Shown here: piece by piece, positions 39,901 to 53,094 of the stretch
Layout: each line of letters opens with the position of its first letter
Position numbering within the stretch: the first letter of the stretch is position 1
Assembly: GCA_036172245.1 (NCBI GenBank)
Contig: JAYWIR010000023.1
Location: 2,232,001-2,296,000 of the forward strand
Direction of reading: 5' to 3'
Source of the DNA: Raillietiella orientalis
Lineage: Eukaryota
DNA length: 64,000 nt
Made by a program: the position numbers and the translations under genes
Notes under the pieces: generated by a model
What the model saw: the letters and a program-made list of their open reading frames with translations, nothing else
Told to the model about the DNA's origin: nothing
The model's database searches: none

Positions 39901-42900
39901 ATCTTAGAATATTTAAGCCTTCCTGCTTAAATATTCTGAGTGAAGAATACAGACACAGAACTATGGCATTCAGTTAATCACAATCACAACTCTGCTTATA
40001 ATGGAATCAATCTATAATGTTCATAAGAATGGAAGCTCAGAAAGGTGTTCATAGCCAGCACCAGTTTGGAGTGTTTCTCCGGTAACGAAGATACTTGCAA
40101 GCATTAAATATTTCTCTCTTCTCATCATGCTTCCATCATCCATGGGCTGGCAATCCGATTTGCGCCTGCTAAGAGTCTACCCCTTTGCGTGGTGACAACA
40201 TATACGAATGCTCTTCTGAAACTTGACCCTTGAATTAGTTGCGTTTGCTTTACTATTTATTACTTAATTATTCAGAAAATACTTAAAAGAAAAATTCTTC
40301 TAGTATGGGATGGGATGAAAAATTCTTCTAGTATGCCTGTAGGTTCTCAGAGAGAATATGAAGAATGTGCATTATTGATTACTTTGAATCAGATTCTTGA
40401 TCACAGACAATTTTTGCAAACTTTTCATTTTCCTGCTACTATATGAAGAGAAAATACCACAAGTGAATTCTTAGACTTCATGTTAGCTAAAAGTTGCTTT
40501 CAGTATTAAAAAACTTTTTATTGTGCGTAATTGCACGAAATCTGATGTTCGAAATCAGAAGAATTTAAACAAAAATAGAGTGGGATTCACAGGAGCTCCA
40601 TATTGTGAAGTCTAAAGACAATTAAATAAGTCACAGATCTCCAAGTATTGTCAAATTAGTGGATCTTCCCGCTAATTTGACAATACTCTCAGAACGGGAA
40701 ATCAAATTGTTACAGGAAAATTCAGTATAAAAACATTCAGAAATTAAATCAAGGACTATATCTAACTTACGTCAACAATGAATTTGGCAATCCTGGAAAA
40801 ATGAAAAACAAGACTAGCGAAAACTGTTTAAAACCAGCCACAGAGATGAAATGAGTTTTAGGGATAATCTTGCAAGGAAGAGAAAAAAATGGAAACAAAG
40901 TGATTCTGAATAAGAAGCAATTGGATACTATAATCGGAAATCTATCAAATCCATTTATACGAAAGGTTATTTTGTGTTTCGATATCTGAGGGACAAATGA
41001 TACACTTACCAGTAAATATTATGAAACCTAAAAAGATGAGGAAAAAAACAAATCTCCGATTTCATGGAATGGGATACAAAACTCATTAAAACAAAGATTA
41101 TTCTGATAATCAGCTGGCTTGAAGCAGTGCTAATGGCATGGATTTTATTGGCAGTTACGGTAAACTCAGTAACATCCGTGCTTTTCTTTAAATGCGGCAG
41201 TCGACTTCAATTTGATAAGTTTTCGGTTCACGAAGAACCACCCTTCTTAATGCACTTTAAAAACTGAATTCCAATGCTACAGTCTATTTCTTCGAAAATG
41301 ATTAGATTCATTTTAATATCCTACATTTTAAGACGAAGATAGTCTACAAATATAGGGTATCAAAATGATTCCATGGTTTCATAATACTTATTGTTAATTG
41401 TCTCTCACATATTGAAACACAAACAACCTTTTGTATAAAAGGATTTGATAGATTTCCGATTATAGTATCCAATTGCTTCTTATTCAGAATCACTTCAGTT
41501 TCCGTTCCCGTTGCATCATGTGTTACAAACAGCTCGTGCTCAGGCAAGAGGAGGAGCAGCCACGAGATGCCAGGATATGAGAGATCAAGAGGATAGAACC
41601 TTAGAACTGGCCGGCTATGATGGTTATTATTATTGAGTTCATGGAATGCTTCTCGATCGAGCTTTTCTTGAGGCGCGGGAAAATAAATTTTAAAAGATAA
41701 TCTTTTGCCGATCTGTTGAGTATCGTTAAACGTCAGTCGCTCAGCTCTTCCTCTAGCTGGAGAATAATGGAGAATCAAGTATTGTCAAAACAAATTTGGA
41801 GGACCATTCCCTTTGATTACAGCTGAATTGCTGCAGTTAACTAGCTGCAATTATGGAAATTTTAACAGAAAATTATTTGTTTATTTGCAATGAGCATTTG
41901 AAATCTTTACTGATATCATAATTCTCAGAAAAATGTCTAATAATGAATTTTACACCATTGCGCCATTCCTGAAAGAAAATCAGGAACAGCAGGAATTTCG
42001 CAAATCGCTCCCTGGAAGGCAATTGAATATCAACTATGTAGTTTAGCTGATCACTTTGAAAGAAAAAATCATATTGATTTCTTAGAGTAAGGATTGGAAG
42101 TGAACACATCCTTGAAAATTAGACTTCGAAGATCAAAAACGAAAAGAAACGTGGTAAAGATCCAAGAAGAGATAATCTAATTAATTCATTAAAAAAAGAA
42201 TGCCATTGCTGCTGTAGAGAAAATTATGTATCCAAAAAGAACTGGTTCTGTACCGTGCTGTGAAGCTTGCAAAATAATCAGCATGCAAAAAATGTGAAAT
42301 AAACACTAGGGAACTCTTGTTTTTTGGGGGTCCTTTGGTGCATCGTATAATAGGCATTACACTTTTCCGATTATAGTATCCAAATGGCATGCATGAATAA
42401 ATCTAACAAATACTGGAATGAAAGGATGCATAGATCGATCGATATCCGAGATTGGCATCTTCTGCAAAAGTGTATCGTCTACTCGACAGCTCCCATTTTG
42501 AAGAAATATATGAGCCTGCTTTCCAGCTAGAATTACTTACAGAAGTGTTGTGTCTTCTGCTTATGCATTATATATTTTGTCATTTGCATAGCAGTGTGAA
42601 CCTCCCGATTTTACGGGTATTAATGTTTCTTCCCTACAAAAGAGCACTTTCGAACTACAGTTTTATAATGCATTAGAAAAATTAGTATATGACATGGGAG
42701 TATTTAGATGAAAAATGCATCTCAAAGAAATTCACGCTATGAATCCTTCCGAAACTTTATCGCTCCTGCGGGATCTGTTTTTGATTTCAGTTGGACATGC
42801 ACTTTGAGTATTTACTGGCTCATCCATTGAAGGTAGACATATGGGGCTTCTATTGTTTGGACCGGCAATACATTACATCGGTAGGAAAGTAGGTGAGATG

Positions 42901-43002
42901 AAAGTTATTAATGATGATATCTAGATAACGAATGCATTCTTTACCTACATCATCGTTATCATACAACTTCTGCAAGGAGAAAATACTCAAGGAAAATGGT
43001 AG
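30938..43002 (+). CDS. Gustatory receptor (7tm_7 family), about 408 aa if joined
   Basis: Hydrophobic exon 30938-31885 ends LVEE|gt (phase 0); candidate exon 42434-42544 (weak); exon 42791-42880 LDMHFEYLLAHPLKVDIWGFYCLDRQYITS; exon 42925-43002 ITNAFFTYIIVIIQLL.. carries the TYhhhhhQ GR motif. One long exon plus three phase-0 short exons is the typical GR layout. Linking the 5' and 3' parts is inference. Confidence 0.75.
35985..36654. mobile_element. MITE-like 670-bp segment bounded by 79-bp inverted repeats
   Basis: 35985-36063 and 36576-36654 are reverse complements at 77/79 positions. No TSD seen. Confidence 0.55.
40644..40687. repeat. Hairpin: 16 perfect bp plus 3 more pairs, 6-nt loop
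   Basis: agtattgtcaaattag-tgg-atcttc-ccg-ctaatttgacaatact. Confidence 0.9.
40891..41503. mobile_element. MITE-like ~610-bp segment bounded by ~130-140 bp diverged inverted repeats
   Basis: ~40891-41028 vs ~41375-41503. The outer part has a run of more than 50 identical bases (aagtgattctgaataagaagc...caaatcc) and identity decays inward. No TSD seen. Confidence 0.55.
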
Positions 43003-45367
43003 ACCCTGATGACAAATTTTAAAATACAAAATGGCGCAGTACTCAAACTAGTGATTAAAAATCACTGATGTTACTAGAAAATAAAAAAAAATTAGGCTTC
43101 TAGAGTTTGAAAAGATGAAAATCTTTTGCATGCATTTTTATCAAATTTTCATTTTCATTTTTTTTTTTTTTTTAATCCGTGACACAGCACTAGTTCTGCT
43201 TACTTTTCGCCGGTTGGCTTGACAGTGTCTGTAAGATTGTAAACCCAGTGCCCCAAATCCTCAATGAGTTTCTCAATAATTGATTCGAGAACTGTTTATT
43301 AGTAATGGAAACCGAAAAGACGATAATGCTGGGCGTGGAAAGACCTTGTAATGTTTCTTCTCACGAATCTACATTCAAATCACATTTTTCATCGGTCTAG
43401 ATCATCTGATAACTTTTCAGGTAAACACAAATCATATCAGACAAATGCAATTTAATAATTCATCTCTTGCAGTTGGCATAACATATAATATAGAAACGAC
43501 CAATTAGGTTACCATATTGTATACTTCTTAAGACAAGGAAGCTCCAATTTAAAAGCTATGTTTTAAAATTAGACAACGTATATCATTCCCAGAAAAACAA
43601 TAAAAACATTTTTTCTCGCTTTTTCCTAAGAAGTGTTTTTTTTTTTTTTTTCATACCTTTTTCAAGTGGTTACAACACGACACATATCGTCACGAATATG
43701 AGGATGTAGAAGAGATTGCCAAACTTTTCCATTTTTCTTACATGAGAAATTATGAATTAAACTAAAAAATCCAAGAATCGTAGAATGCAATAACATATTC
43801 GTAAATGTTCTACGGTAAAACAGTTACAATTGCAGGAATCTTATTGATTAACTACTTAATACTCCTTATCCCCGATTCTTGAACACCAGATATGAAAATT
43901 ATGTAAACTTTGCCTGCTTTCATTGATTTAATTTTCTTAAGTTCGTTAAAAACACAAAACAAAGGAAATAAAAAAATTGGAGACACTCGTTTTCTCGGTA
44001 ATCAAAAAAAAGTAAATTCACATTTCCAGTGATCTTAACTACAGTGAATGAGTCGTTCCCTAAACGCCGATGACGGACTGCAGATCGCTAAAAACAAGTG
44101 CCTTTGGAAATACCTCCATAGCCTTTGGAAATTGAACAGTTTGCCGATCCACGCAGATAGTACAGATTTCCTTCCTTCCCATTTTCTTGGTAGGAATGCT
44201 ATTTTTGTCTTTTTTGTTACGAAACTCTGTTTCACTTTTTGAAAAGGCAAGTTATCATTTGATGGTTTTCAGTGCTATTTTATCTCTGACCACAACAGAC
44301 CTTCTAATTAGGTATTGCAGCAGTTAGGTACTGTACATCTTTTGTATTGATTCCCATGAAAACTTCTTACAACAAACTTCTTACAACTTGGTTAAAGCAG
44401 TGGCACTCTAATGCTTCTATCTTTTGGCAACGGTAACAACGAATAATGTTAGTATTATAAGGTGGTTATGTGAGATAAAATGCACACGCATTCGATTTCT
44501 TCGTTTCAAGTGCACATGTACCAACGAAACAGACAATACAAAAGGTAGGCTGGATACGCTGGATTACTAGGATATGCAGCAAGGCAGATATATATGCTAA
44601 TGCAAGTACAATGGAATCAAAGTAGATACAAGTATAGACACTAAAAAATTTTTCAACAGGATAAATCGTGCAGATTGGTATTAATTTTAAAGATAATTTT
44701 AAACTTTGCCGAAGTGAATTATTTACTAAGGAATCCTTGTTAATCGAATATCTAGTTGCTTTATACCAAAACAATATTTTCTCGAAATTTTATGAGTACT
44801 GTTTACAGATTACCAGGAACCTCTTTGTTACAGAAACGTGATTTATTAATAGATTTATCTGCTTTGCTTTACTTTGGATACACTCAAAATACTGATGAGT
44901 ATTCCTCATTAGGAGGATGAATTCAATACAGTGCTGGCAATACTGCACATAGGCAATATAGACCTCGCACAGAAAACACTGAAATGTACATGTGTCAAAT
45001 GCTCCATATTTGACAATTTTTTCTTATAGACCTTTTAGCCTCATGAACATAGTAACAATATCATCATCCACATTGTCAGCTAAACTTCATAACATACTTA
45101 CAAACGATGCAAGATAAATTAACGGTTAGGGTCTTCTAGCATTAGCTTCTCAAATAACAGTTATACCTTCTATTAATTTAATAAATGCTAAACGTTTTTT
45201 GATGCCACTACTGGAAGTACACATTAACTCACCTAACCCAAATGTAGTACAACACATTAATCATGAATTTCATCTGAATACCTGCATGAAAATGGAAAAT
45301 TGAAAACTATTTAACATGAAATATATTTCAAATCAATGATTAAATTAGTCAAAAACATCGGAGGATA

Positions 45368-48107
45368 TTAAAAGCGAAAGAAATTTTTGAAGTGATTCCA
45401 AAGAGATCGAGAATTGCAATCTGTTTTTAATAAAGTTGAACGGGTACCAAAGGACTCCACTGGCCACTGAGTTATTGTAACTTCTTGCTGACCATCTGCA
45501 TTACGAATCACTTTTCTCTCTTCCCAGACCTAAATTAGTTTGCAAAACTGAAATAAGGTTCACTTTCATCCTTACCCCATCTTTCAGTGTTCTAGTGATC
45601 ATCATGCTCTGTCTGAAATGGTGTTGTTCACTTGGAAAAGTCTCATGAGAAGGCATTTTCTTTAATAACAGATCTAACTGACCAGATTTCACTCTGGAAA
45701 AACATGCAAATTCTGAAATTTTGAACTCACTTATCATCCACATCATCATCAACTCTATGATTTTCAGCACTTTTCAACATACTATCCCTAGGAGATGGAT
45801 TGTGCTTGAAAGGCATCTCTCCTTGTTTGTAGATTTCTGATTCGAAGAATTCAGAATTGAACTTCAGAAATGACTGCTCCAAATGGCGAAAAACATCTTC
45901 AAATGAGGAAAAGAATCCATCACTGGGAAGAGTCTATTTGCAAGTAGAATGTATATAATTACCTGCCTATCCCCTGATCAAATTGTGGATTTTCAGGAAA
46001 CACAGACCAATTGCTCTCCTTTTGATTATCTTTGTTTGAACTAAAACACAACACTCAAATGAAATGCAATTTCTTCGGTATACTATGCATGTATTGACAT
46101 CTTGATGTTTTTAATCCAGTTTCCTTTCTGACAATACCTTGATCACACTATTTTGTAATTTTAACTCCAAGAATATAATGTTTAGCAAGAACTGGGTTAC
46201 AGTACATTGTGCAAAGAACATTAGACATAGTACTACATAAAAAAAAGCTGCAAAACAATCTAAAATGTTGCACCCATATTTGAAAAGGAGAACAAAATGT
46301 TTCCAGTCTGAATAGCCAACTTTGAAAAATTAGTATTTTCATTTCAAAGTTCACAACATAGGTAATTACTATTCCAAATCGAAAATCAATCTAATAGCTG
46401 ACAATAAAGCCACTATTTTAAAAATTTGGAATCACTACATTCAAAATTGTATCATGGATACAATGGTATCATACCATACATTAATTTTCCACTGAAACAT
46501 AAGCAAAAGCATCAGTAACTCCTAATATGTTAGAGGCTTAAACTTCTGCATATACACGTGCTGATCCTCGTCAGAGACTTAAATAAATTAATGCATTTTG
46601 AAAACAAACACTGATGACCAAGAGAAATGCAGCTGGCATAAACACAACTGATTGTTAGTAACAAAAACTCCCTCTACATTTCAGAAATTTAAAATCGTTC
46701 GCTACTTTGGTTGGATGGGCAAAAAATTGCATTTGTTTTCTACTAAAGCATCAAGATGCAAGACAGCAATTACTTAAAAAAAAATAAAAATAAAGCTTGA
46801 GAATTTGTTAGTTTATTGGGCATTTAATTACTTGTTTACTCTTCATACCATTTGCATATTCATGAAAAAAAAAAAGACAATAAGACAAACCCTTCTTTAG
46901 AGCTTAAATATGCCCTATTTGATCAAAATTCAAAGTGTTTCATCAATTTGGAAAATCCAACTTAACATATAATCACTTCCTCTATTGAAAACTGTTTAAA
47001 CAAAAAACTACAATTCATAAAAACATGTTCTTTATGTCTAATGAAATGTGTTTGTTAATGAATTAGCCACATCTAACCAAACTTCACCTTTTTTGTAACA
47101 GTATTTAAAAAAACTATATATAGTAACATTTGAAAAATAAAATTGATTCATAACAATAATTTATTTCATGTGAAGCAAAGATAATACTTTCCATCAAATT
47201 TGAACAATAAGATGCAATAATGCAAGCTTCGAGTTGACTGAATTATGCAGCTCATCCGTGTGTGAACATATGGTGCTAACTGAGGCAATTGACTATGTTG
47301 AAGACATACAATCTTTATCATAAATTCTATTTAAAATACGCGCTGACATTATAAAGAACTGTGAATGCATCAAGCTGTTGAAAAACTTTAATGGGTACTG
47401 AATTGTATTGACAACTACTGACCCTTATTCTTGGCATCCATTCCTGAGAGCTTAACTACACTGCTTGTAGCTACAACTGAAGTTTGCAATAACTGGTAAG
47501 AAAAATCCTTTAATTACAAAACGCATTTGTTAACTCTAATTACTAATAATGCGTAATACAAATTCTTAATGCATAATAATAAAGAATGGGTAGTAGTTAA
47601 GATCACTGGATTCCAGTATAACACGGGCATATTCTTCATACAGCTCGATGGCATGAAATAAAAAAGGCTTCAATTGGACATTTCATACAAGTTAATACCT
47701 ACAACGTGACACATAAATGTTATGATGGTTAATACATCTAAGTACACATACAAATAAAGAAGAATTAATTAAGCAGTAAAGGTAACACGCTGTAGTTATC
47801 AGAATTCGCAACGTCTAACATAAACCCATAGATACTATACCAGAAAACAGTGCACATGAAGAATTGTAACTATTAAAGTTTTATTTCCTTCAACAATCCG
47901 TGTCATAAGGAATTTTCAAGATCTGTCGTTCATTACGGAAAAAATGCTTAAATCAAAACTGCCCCCGTACAAAAGAAACATTGGATCAAAATGCACATTT
48001 TTGAAGAATATGCTTTTTGATCCAATGTATCCAAAGGAAAAGCCCTGCACTTACTTCCAGAATCCACTAAAAAACCTTCCAAAAAACAATTCGTCTTGAA
48101 AATCCAT
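45368..48107 (-). CDS. HAX1: HCLS1-associated protein X-1 homologue, 200 aa, 5 exons
   Basis: Exons 48107-48055, 46040-45963, 45922-45731, 45693-45576, 45529-45368 total 603 nt, all GT-AG and in frame. Protein MDFQDELFFGRFFSGFW...PRDSMLKS...RVDDDVDDKV...ITRTLKDGVWEERKVIRNADGQQEVTIT...FKNFFRF matches HAX1 motifs RDSMLK, EDNDLDSQV and PDGIVEERRTVVDSEG. Confidence 0.88.
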
Positions 48108-51100
48108 CGCTGTTTCCTTCCCAATTTCACAGATCTAAAGCATTCTGTGGACGTACGCAAAACAATTTCTGACGTATGCAACGAGTGCACAACTTCACCA
48201 CAGGAAACTTGCTCTGAGACTGCAGGATGGAGGGAGTATCACGAATCGTGTTATGATTTTAGAAGGTGCGCATTTGTTCTAAAGTTCTAAAGTTCAGCAG
48301 CTAATGTTCTCGGCAAAATTCAACCATATGAATTATTATGTATGGTCATCTTAAAAATCCCAGTTCAAAATAAATTTTGGGATTTTATCTCACAGATGTA
48401 ATTACTGTTGCATGAAGAGTAGAATCTTTGAATATTAATAAAAGGAGCCAAGTTGGAACGAGTTTTGATAAAAAGAATAACAAACTTTCATGTATAGAAA
48501 TCAAAAATACACCTACATGTTTTATATTACGCAGTAAAAGATATACAGTATATAATGAAACAGGAGAAAGACTGCTTGTGTCCAAAACAATTATTATTAT
48601 GGAAGAATCTTAAAGTTTTGTAAATTTTATTCATATATAAGGGCAATGATTTTTGTTTGTAATTTTAAAACGTTTCTTCCAGTGCAGGAAGACAAAACAC
48701 AAGCTTCCACACCCCTTTGATGTGTGGGAACTCCGACGGATTTCAATGGGAACCGCGGATTTATTTTATTTTTTCCAAATGAACTCTATGCAAAAGGAAA
48801 GCCTATGTTTGCCACGTTAAAATAAAATGTTTATCATTTGTGTTCTGCTTTGAGCATGAATGCGAACAGATCTACTCAACTAACTATTATATTTATATAC
48901 AATAATCATTTAACATGCTTCTGGGTAACTGTAAAGTAATAATGACTAATCATTGTCCATTTTGCATAAAGTTTTCACTGTTTTAATATCTCCATATATT
49001 TCTGCAGAAATTATATCTGGATGCATATATCTGCATATGACAAACAGAAAATATAATACTAACACATAGATAAATTCTACATAGTTGACGATATTTTATA
49101 AACTGGAGATTTTATCTCATACAATTGAACGCTAGATATCTTGCACTGAATTTAAACATATTATAGTTCATTTTAGCATAAATTTTTCTTTGCAACAAGT
49201 ATTAAGACTAAATTAAATAAATTTCCATTATTCATATAAGTTTTATCTATTGACTGATGTAATATGTAAATGATTTCAACCTATGTATTCAACCTATATA
49301 TTTCTAAACTCTATTCCCTCCTTAATTTAACTTTGATTTTTCGTCTTGAAATTTACTAGTTCCAGTAATGCTTCCAGAGTAGCGTTAGGACATTGAAACA
49401 CTGCTTACATAATGTACTTTGTAAGTGCTTCTCACTATTTCATTCTGAAAGTTCCATACCTTCAAAAATTTAATTCATTTAGTATGTTACTTGAAGATAT
49501 GAGTGTTCAAGATGTTATATTATGTAGCTGATGTTAGCATATAATGAAATGCTTTGAGCGACTGCATTATTATGAACCTTGCTCCATAACTTACTAAATA
49601 CATCAAACCTTGCTATGTTTCTTTTTTAAACAACACAACAAAGTTTTCTTTGATATGTTATTTCTTTTTAAGGCTGCATAATCCATTCCAAAACAATTAA
49701 TCATATTACAGAAAAGGTTTCTTCTGTGTTTATGCAATTATGAATCTTTTCGAGAACATTTTAAGTGACCAGTTTTCTGGTTTCATACCAACAGTCATTC
49801 TTGAAAGCGAATGATAATTTCAAACCTTTCAAATTTTAAGGTGTCAAACTAATATTCAAGTAAGTTCACTAATTTTAATGCTAATCAATCAGAGCATAAT
49901 TTGAAGATAAATTTGTTAACAGATTGAAGCAATTTGAAAATTTGCTTGTAGAATTGAAGTGAAAAGAATCGGTATTCATGTCTTGCTTCCTCAATTGCAG
50001 TATGAACATTTATTGTAAGCATTTCTGTAAATATTGTTACGTTAAAATCTTTTTTTAAAAACTACCATACCTACAGCTGAGGCATGAATACAATCTATGT
50101 GGTAGTTCTTATTTTGACATGTGCGATCTCATTAGAAAACAAGAATTTTTTTCGACTGATATTTACCATGAAAAACTGATATTCAACTGAATCTTCTGCA
50201 CAGAATTCATTTTTAATGTGGAATTCAGAGACATTTTTCTCATTTTAATTGCTTGCAAAACTGATCCAGCGGAGAAAAAAGTTTGAAAATATATAGATAC
50301 AAAATGATAATGAATTTATAGTTGATTAAGCCGAGAAAATTAAATTTTCATCTCGAATAAATCGGAGTTCCAAATCGTACAAAAATGCTTTCGTTTTTTA
50401 GAAATGTGATTTTTTTCTTAGATCGGTTAGTTAAGTTAAGAATCTAAACGTTGTTTTACCGAGTGATCGAGGTTATTAATCTCATTTTATGTTCAAAGCT
50501 GAAAAGAATTTCCAGGTAAAAAAATTTGAAATGTGACAAGAGCAACAAACATGAAGTTGTTAGCACTGATCCATAATAGCAATTGTTTGTGAACGCTAAA
50601 GCCGAATCTTTTCACTGACGAGAAAATTGATCGTCACTTCGAAGGTATTCTTCCCTTCTGAAAATAGGCATGCAGGGTTTCCCGGAGCATGCAAGGAAGA
50701 GGAGAAATATCCTGAGACACCTGTCATCCTCTCCTCTTCTTGAGTCTAAACTTCAATTCGGCTTCTGATAATCGACTCACTGAGGTCATGGAACAACTAA
50801 AACGATAGATTTATGCAAATGCTAGAAATCCCATGGACAGATATGGGGGATAGAGGATATCATAAGGGAGCTTATGGTAGACTTCTCCATACAGTCCAGT
50901 TGGGTATGTTGGAGTCATTGGTTGGGCTATCCATCAGATGAGGAAAAAGTGGTATTACCAGAATTCTGCCAGATGGAGAATGAAGAACTGTGGCATGAAA
51001 TTTCTGCATATTTGAGCTTTATTGCGTTCTTCTAAACAGACTATCATTTTAAAGGATTCTGTTGCTTCCCTACTTGGAGTAGCGTGCTTACTTTACATGA

Positions 51101-51403
51101 AAAACAAACGTAGGTAATAAAACAAAAGTAGGTAAACAATATTCAACTACTACTGACTATTCAATGCTTCAAGAATAACAGTAAAAATATTTTATTTCTA
51201 TCGATTTTTGATCACAATCAAATAGGAATACAAGATTTTATTTTATTGTCATAAATTTGATAGAAAAATATAAATTAATAATCAGATAGATTTGATAGAA
51301 TTTCTGATTAATATAGAACTTGGTATGCCTGTGGAAAACATACTTCCGTTCTTACTATTAGCGTTTGAGCAGTGAGGTGTTTGTGAGAGGGTAAGCTGTA
51401 AGC

Positions 51404-52531
51404 ATGGCCGATGTAAGTACATTTGATTCTATTTTATTCAGACTGAGCAGCCAACCTTTTAATTAAATACAATTTAGGCCGAAGTGTGCATTGCAATGTT
51501 TTTAATTAGCAAGTCATAAATCTGCTTTTTTAACAGTTGAAAATGAGGTGCTGATTACTTTCTATATGTGGCTTGTTCATTTATTTACGACCTAGCTTGC
51601 TTAAACTAAAAATAAACAATCGTTATGTTTGATCATATACTGTTTTTCTTTTTCCAATAAGTTGAGACATTCAGTATTCAAGCATGTATTCAAGCATTCA
51701 GTCAATTCTCGCGGTTAGTAGTCTTTAGAAAAATTTACCTTACGTTCGAGTGAATTCAAGTTCATGTTAAAGTTTTATGAGGCAATTCTTGTATGGTGAT
51801 CAAAAAAATGCTCAGCAGTAAAGTTTTTCAAAAAGTCGAATATTCCTTGTTTATTTCATTTGGAAGTACTGGACCATGAATTTCAATTACTTTCTAATTT
51901 GAAATTTGCTAACTGTTAACCATTGCTGCGTCTCAATTGTTTGGTATAATCTTTAAGAAATTGAAGTATTCATCATTAGCTTAAGTTTGAACTCCATGCT
52001 TATTGAGTTACTATTATCAGCATATGATCCATGTTTTTTCTTAGGAAGAGCAACTGAAGAAGAAGCGTCCTTTTCGTAAATTCACTTATCGAGGAGTAGA
52101 TTTGGATCAGCTTCTTGATATGTCCTTGTAAGACAAAGATTTTCATTTTAGAAGGGGATATTGATTTGAGAATTTTTTGCAGAGAAAGCTTAGCAGAACT
52201 GATGCATTGTCGAGCACGGCGTTGCTTTCGTAGAGGCCTCAAAAGGAAACAGTTAGGACTAATTAAGAAACTTCGCAAGGCAAAAAAAGAAGCCCCTCCT
52301 CTAGAAAAGCCTAGAGTAGTCAAAACTCATCTAAGAAACATGATAGTTGTTCCAGAAATGGTGGGCAGTATTGTAGGTGTTTACAATGGAAACTCGTTCA
52401 ATCAGGTGGAAATCAAACCTGAAATGATTGGACATTACTTGGGTGAATTCAGTATCACCTATAAACCAGTCAAGCATGGTCGCCCTGGTATTGGTGCTAC
52501 TCATTCTTCTCGTTTTATCCCATTGAAATAA
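51404..52531 (+). CDS. RPS15: 40S ribosomal protein S15 (uS19), 146 aa, 3 coding exons
   Basis: Exons 51404-51412 (MAD), 52045-52127, 52183-52531. [17 protein letters not shown] and [38 protein letters not shown] overlaps the stop codon. Confidence 0.97.
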
Positions 52532-53094
52532 AGTTACTACCCAAGTGTAAAGGTCCACCTTATTTGATGATGCCATTTATAATGGTGGTATAAGTATTTA
52601 AATACCAGAGCAAAGAAACTGTTTTTCCCACAACATCCCAATGTATAAATATACTGATTGTTTTCCTTTTATATTTCCACATGTAGAAGTGAGTGTTCAA
52701 CATGTCCTTTACAAGTAAAGGCAGGGTTACTTGAGATCATCCTATGGAGATTTGGAATTTTTTTTCCTTTTGATTCATGTGGGCATGTTGATAACTGCAC
52801 AGATAAGCACAGTTGATTCCAAATGAGAGGTAGACTTTCAGGAAAATCATATTTCTAAAAATCGTAATGAATGCTATTTGAAACGGAACCTGTTTATGTG
52901 AATTGAAGTATTTATTTACACAGACATGGCTATATGATTTAGCATAGTACTCCTGGCATGTATTTAATAATTGTGAATACATTGCAGAAATAGACTCATT
53001 CTTGCAATACTTCATTCTGTGAAATATATGTGAAAACGTGTAAGTGGAAATGAAAATGTGCATAAGTTCGTTTATTTCTCGTTATAACCAAACT

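Noticed and set aside
44020..44200. Possible minus-strand exons separated by a 36-nt GT-AG segment
   Set aside because: Could not build a consistent gene model or recognise a product.
45934..45962. 29-nt HAX1 intron using the first AG
   Set aside because: Breaks the reading frame; the AG 11 nt further on (40-nt intron) restores it.
51413..52044. Intronic snoRNA in RPS15 intron 1
   Set aside because: No convincing C/D or H/ACA box arrangement seen.
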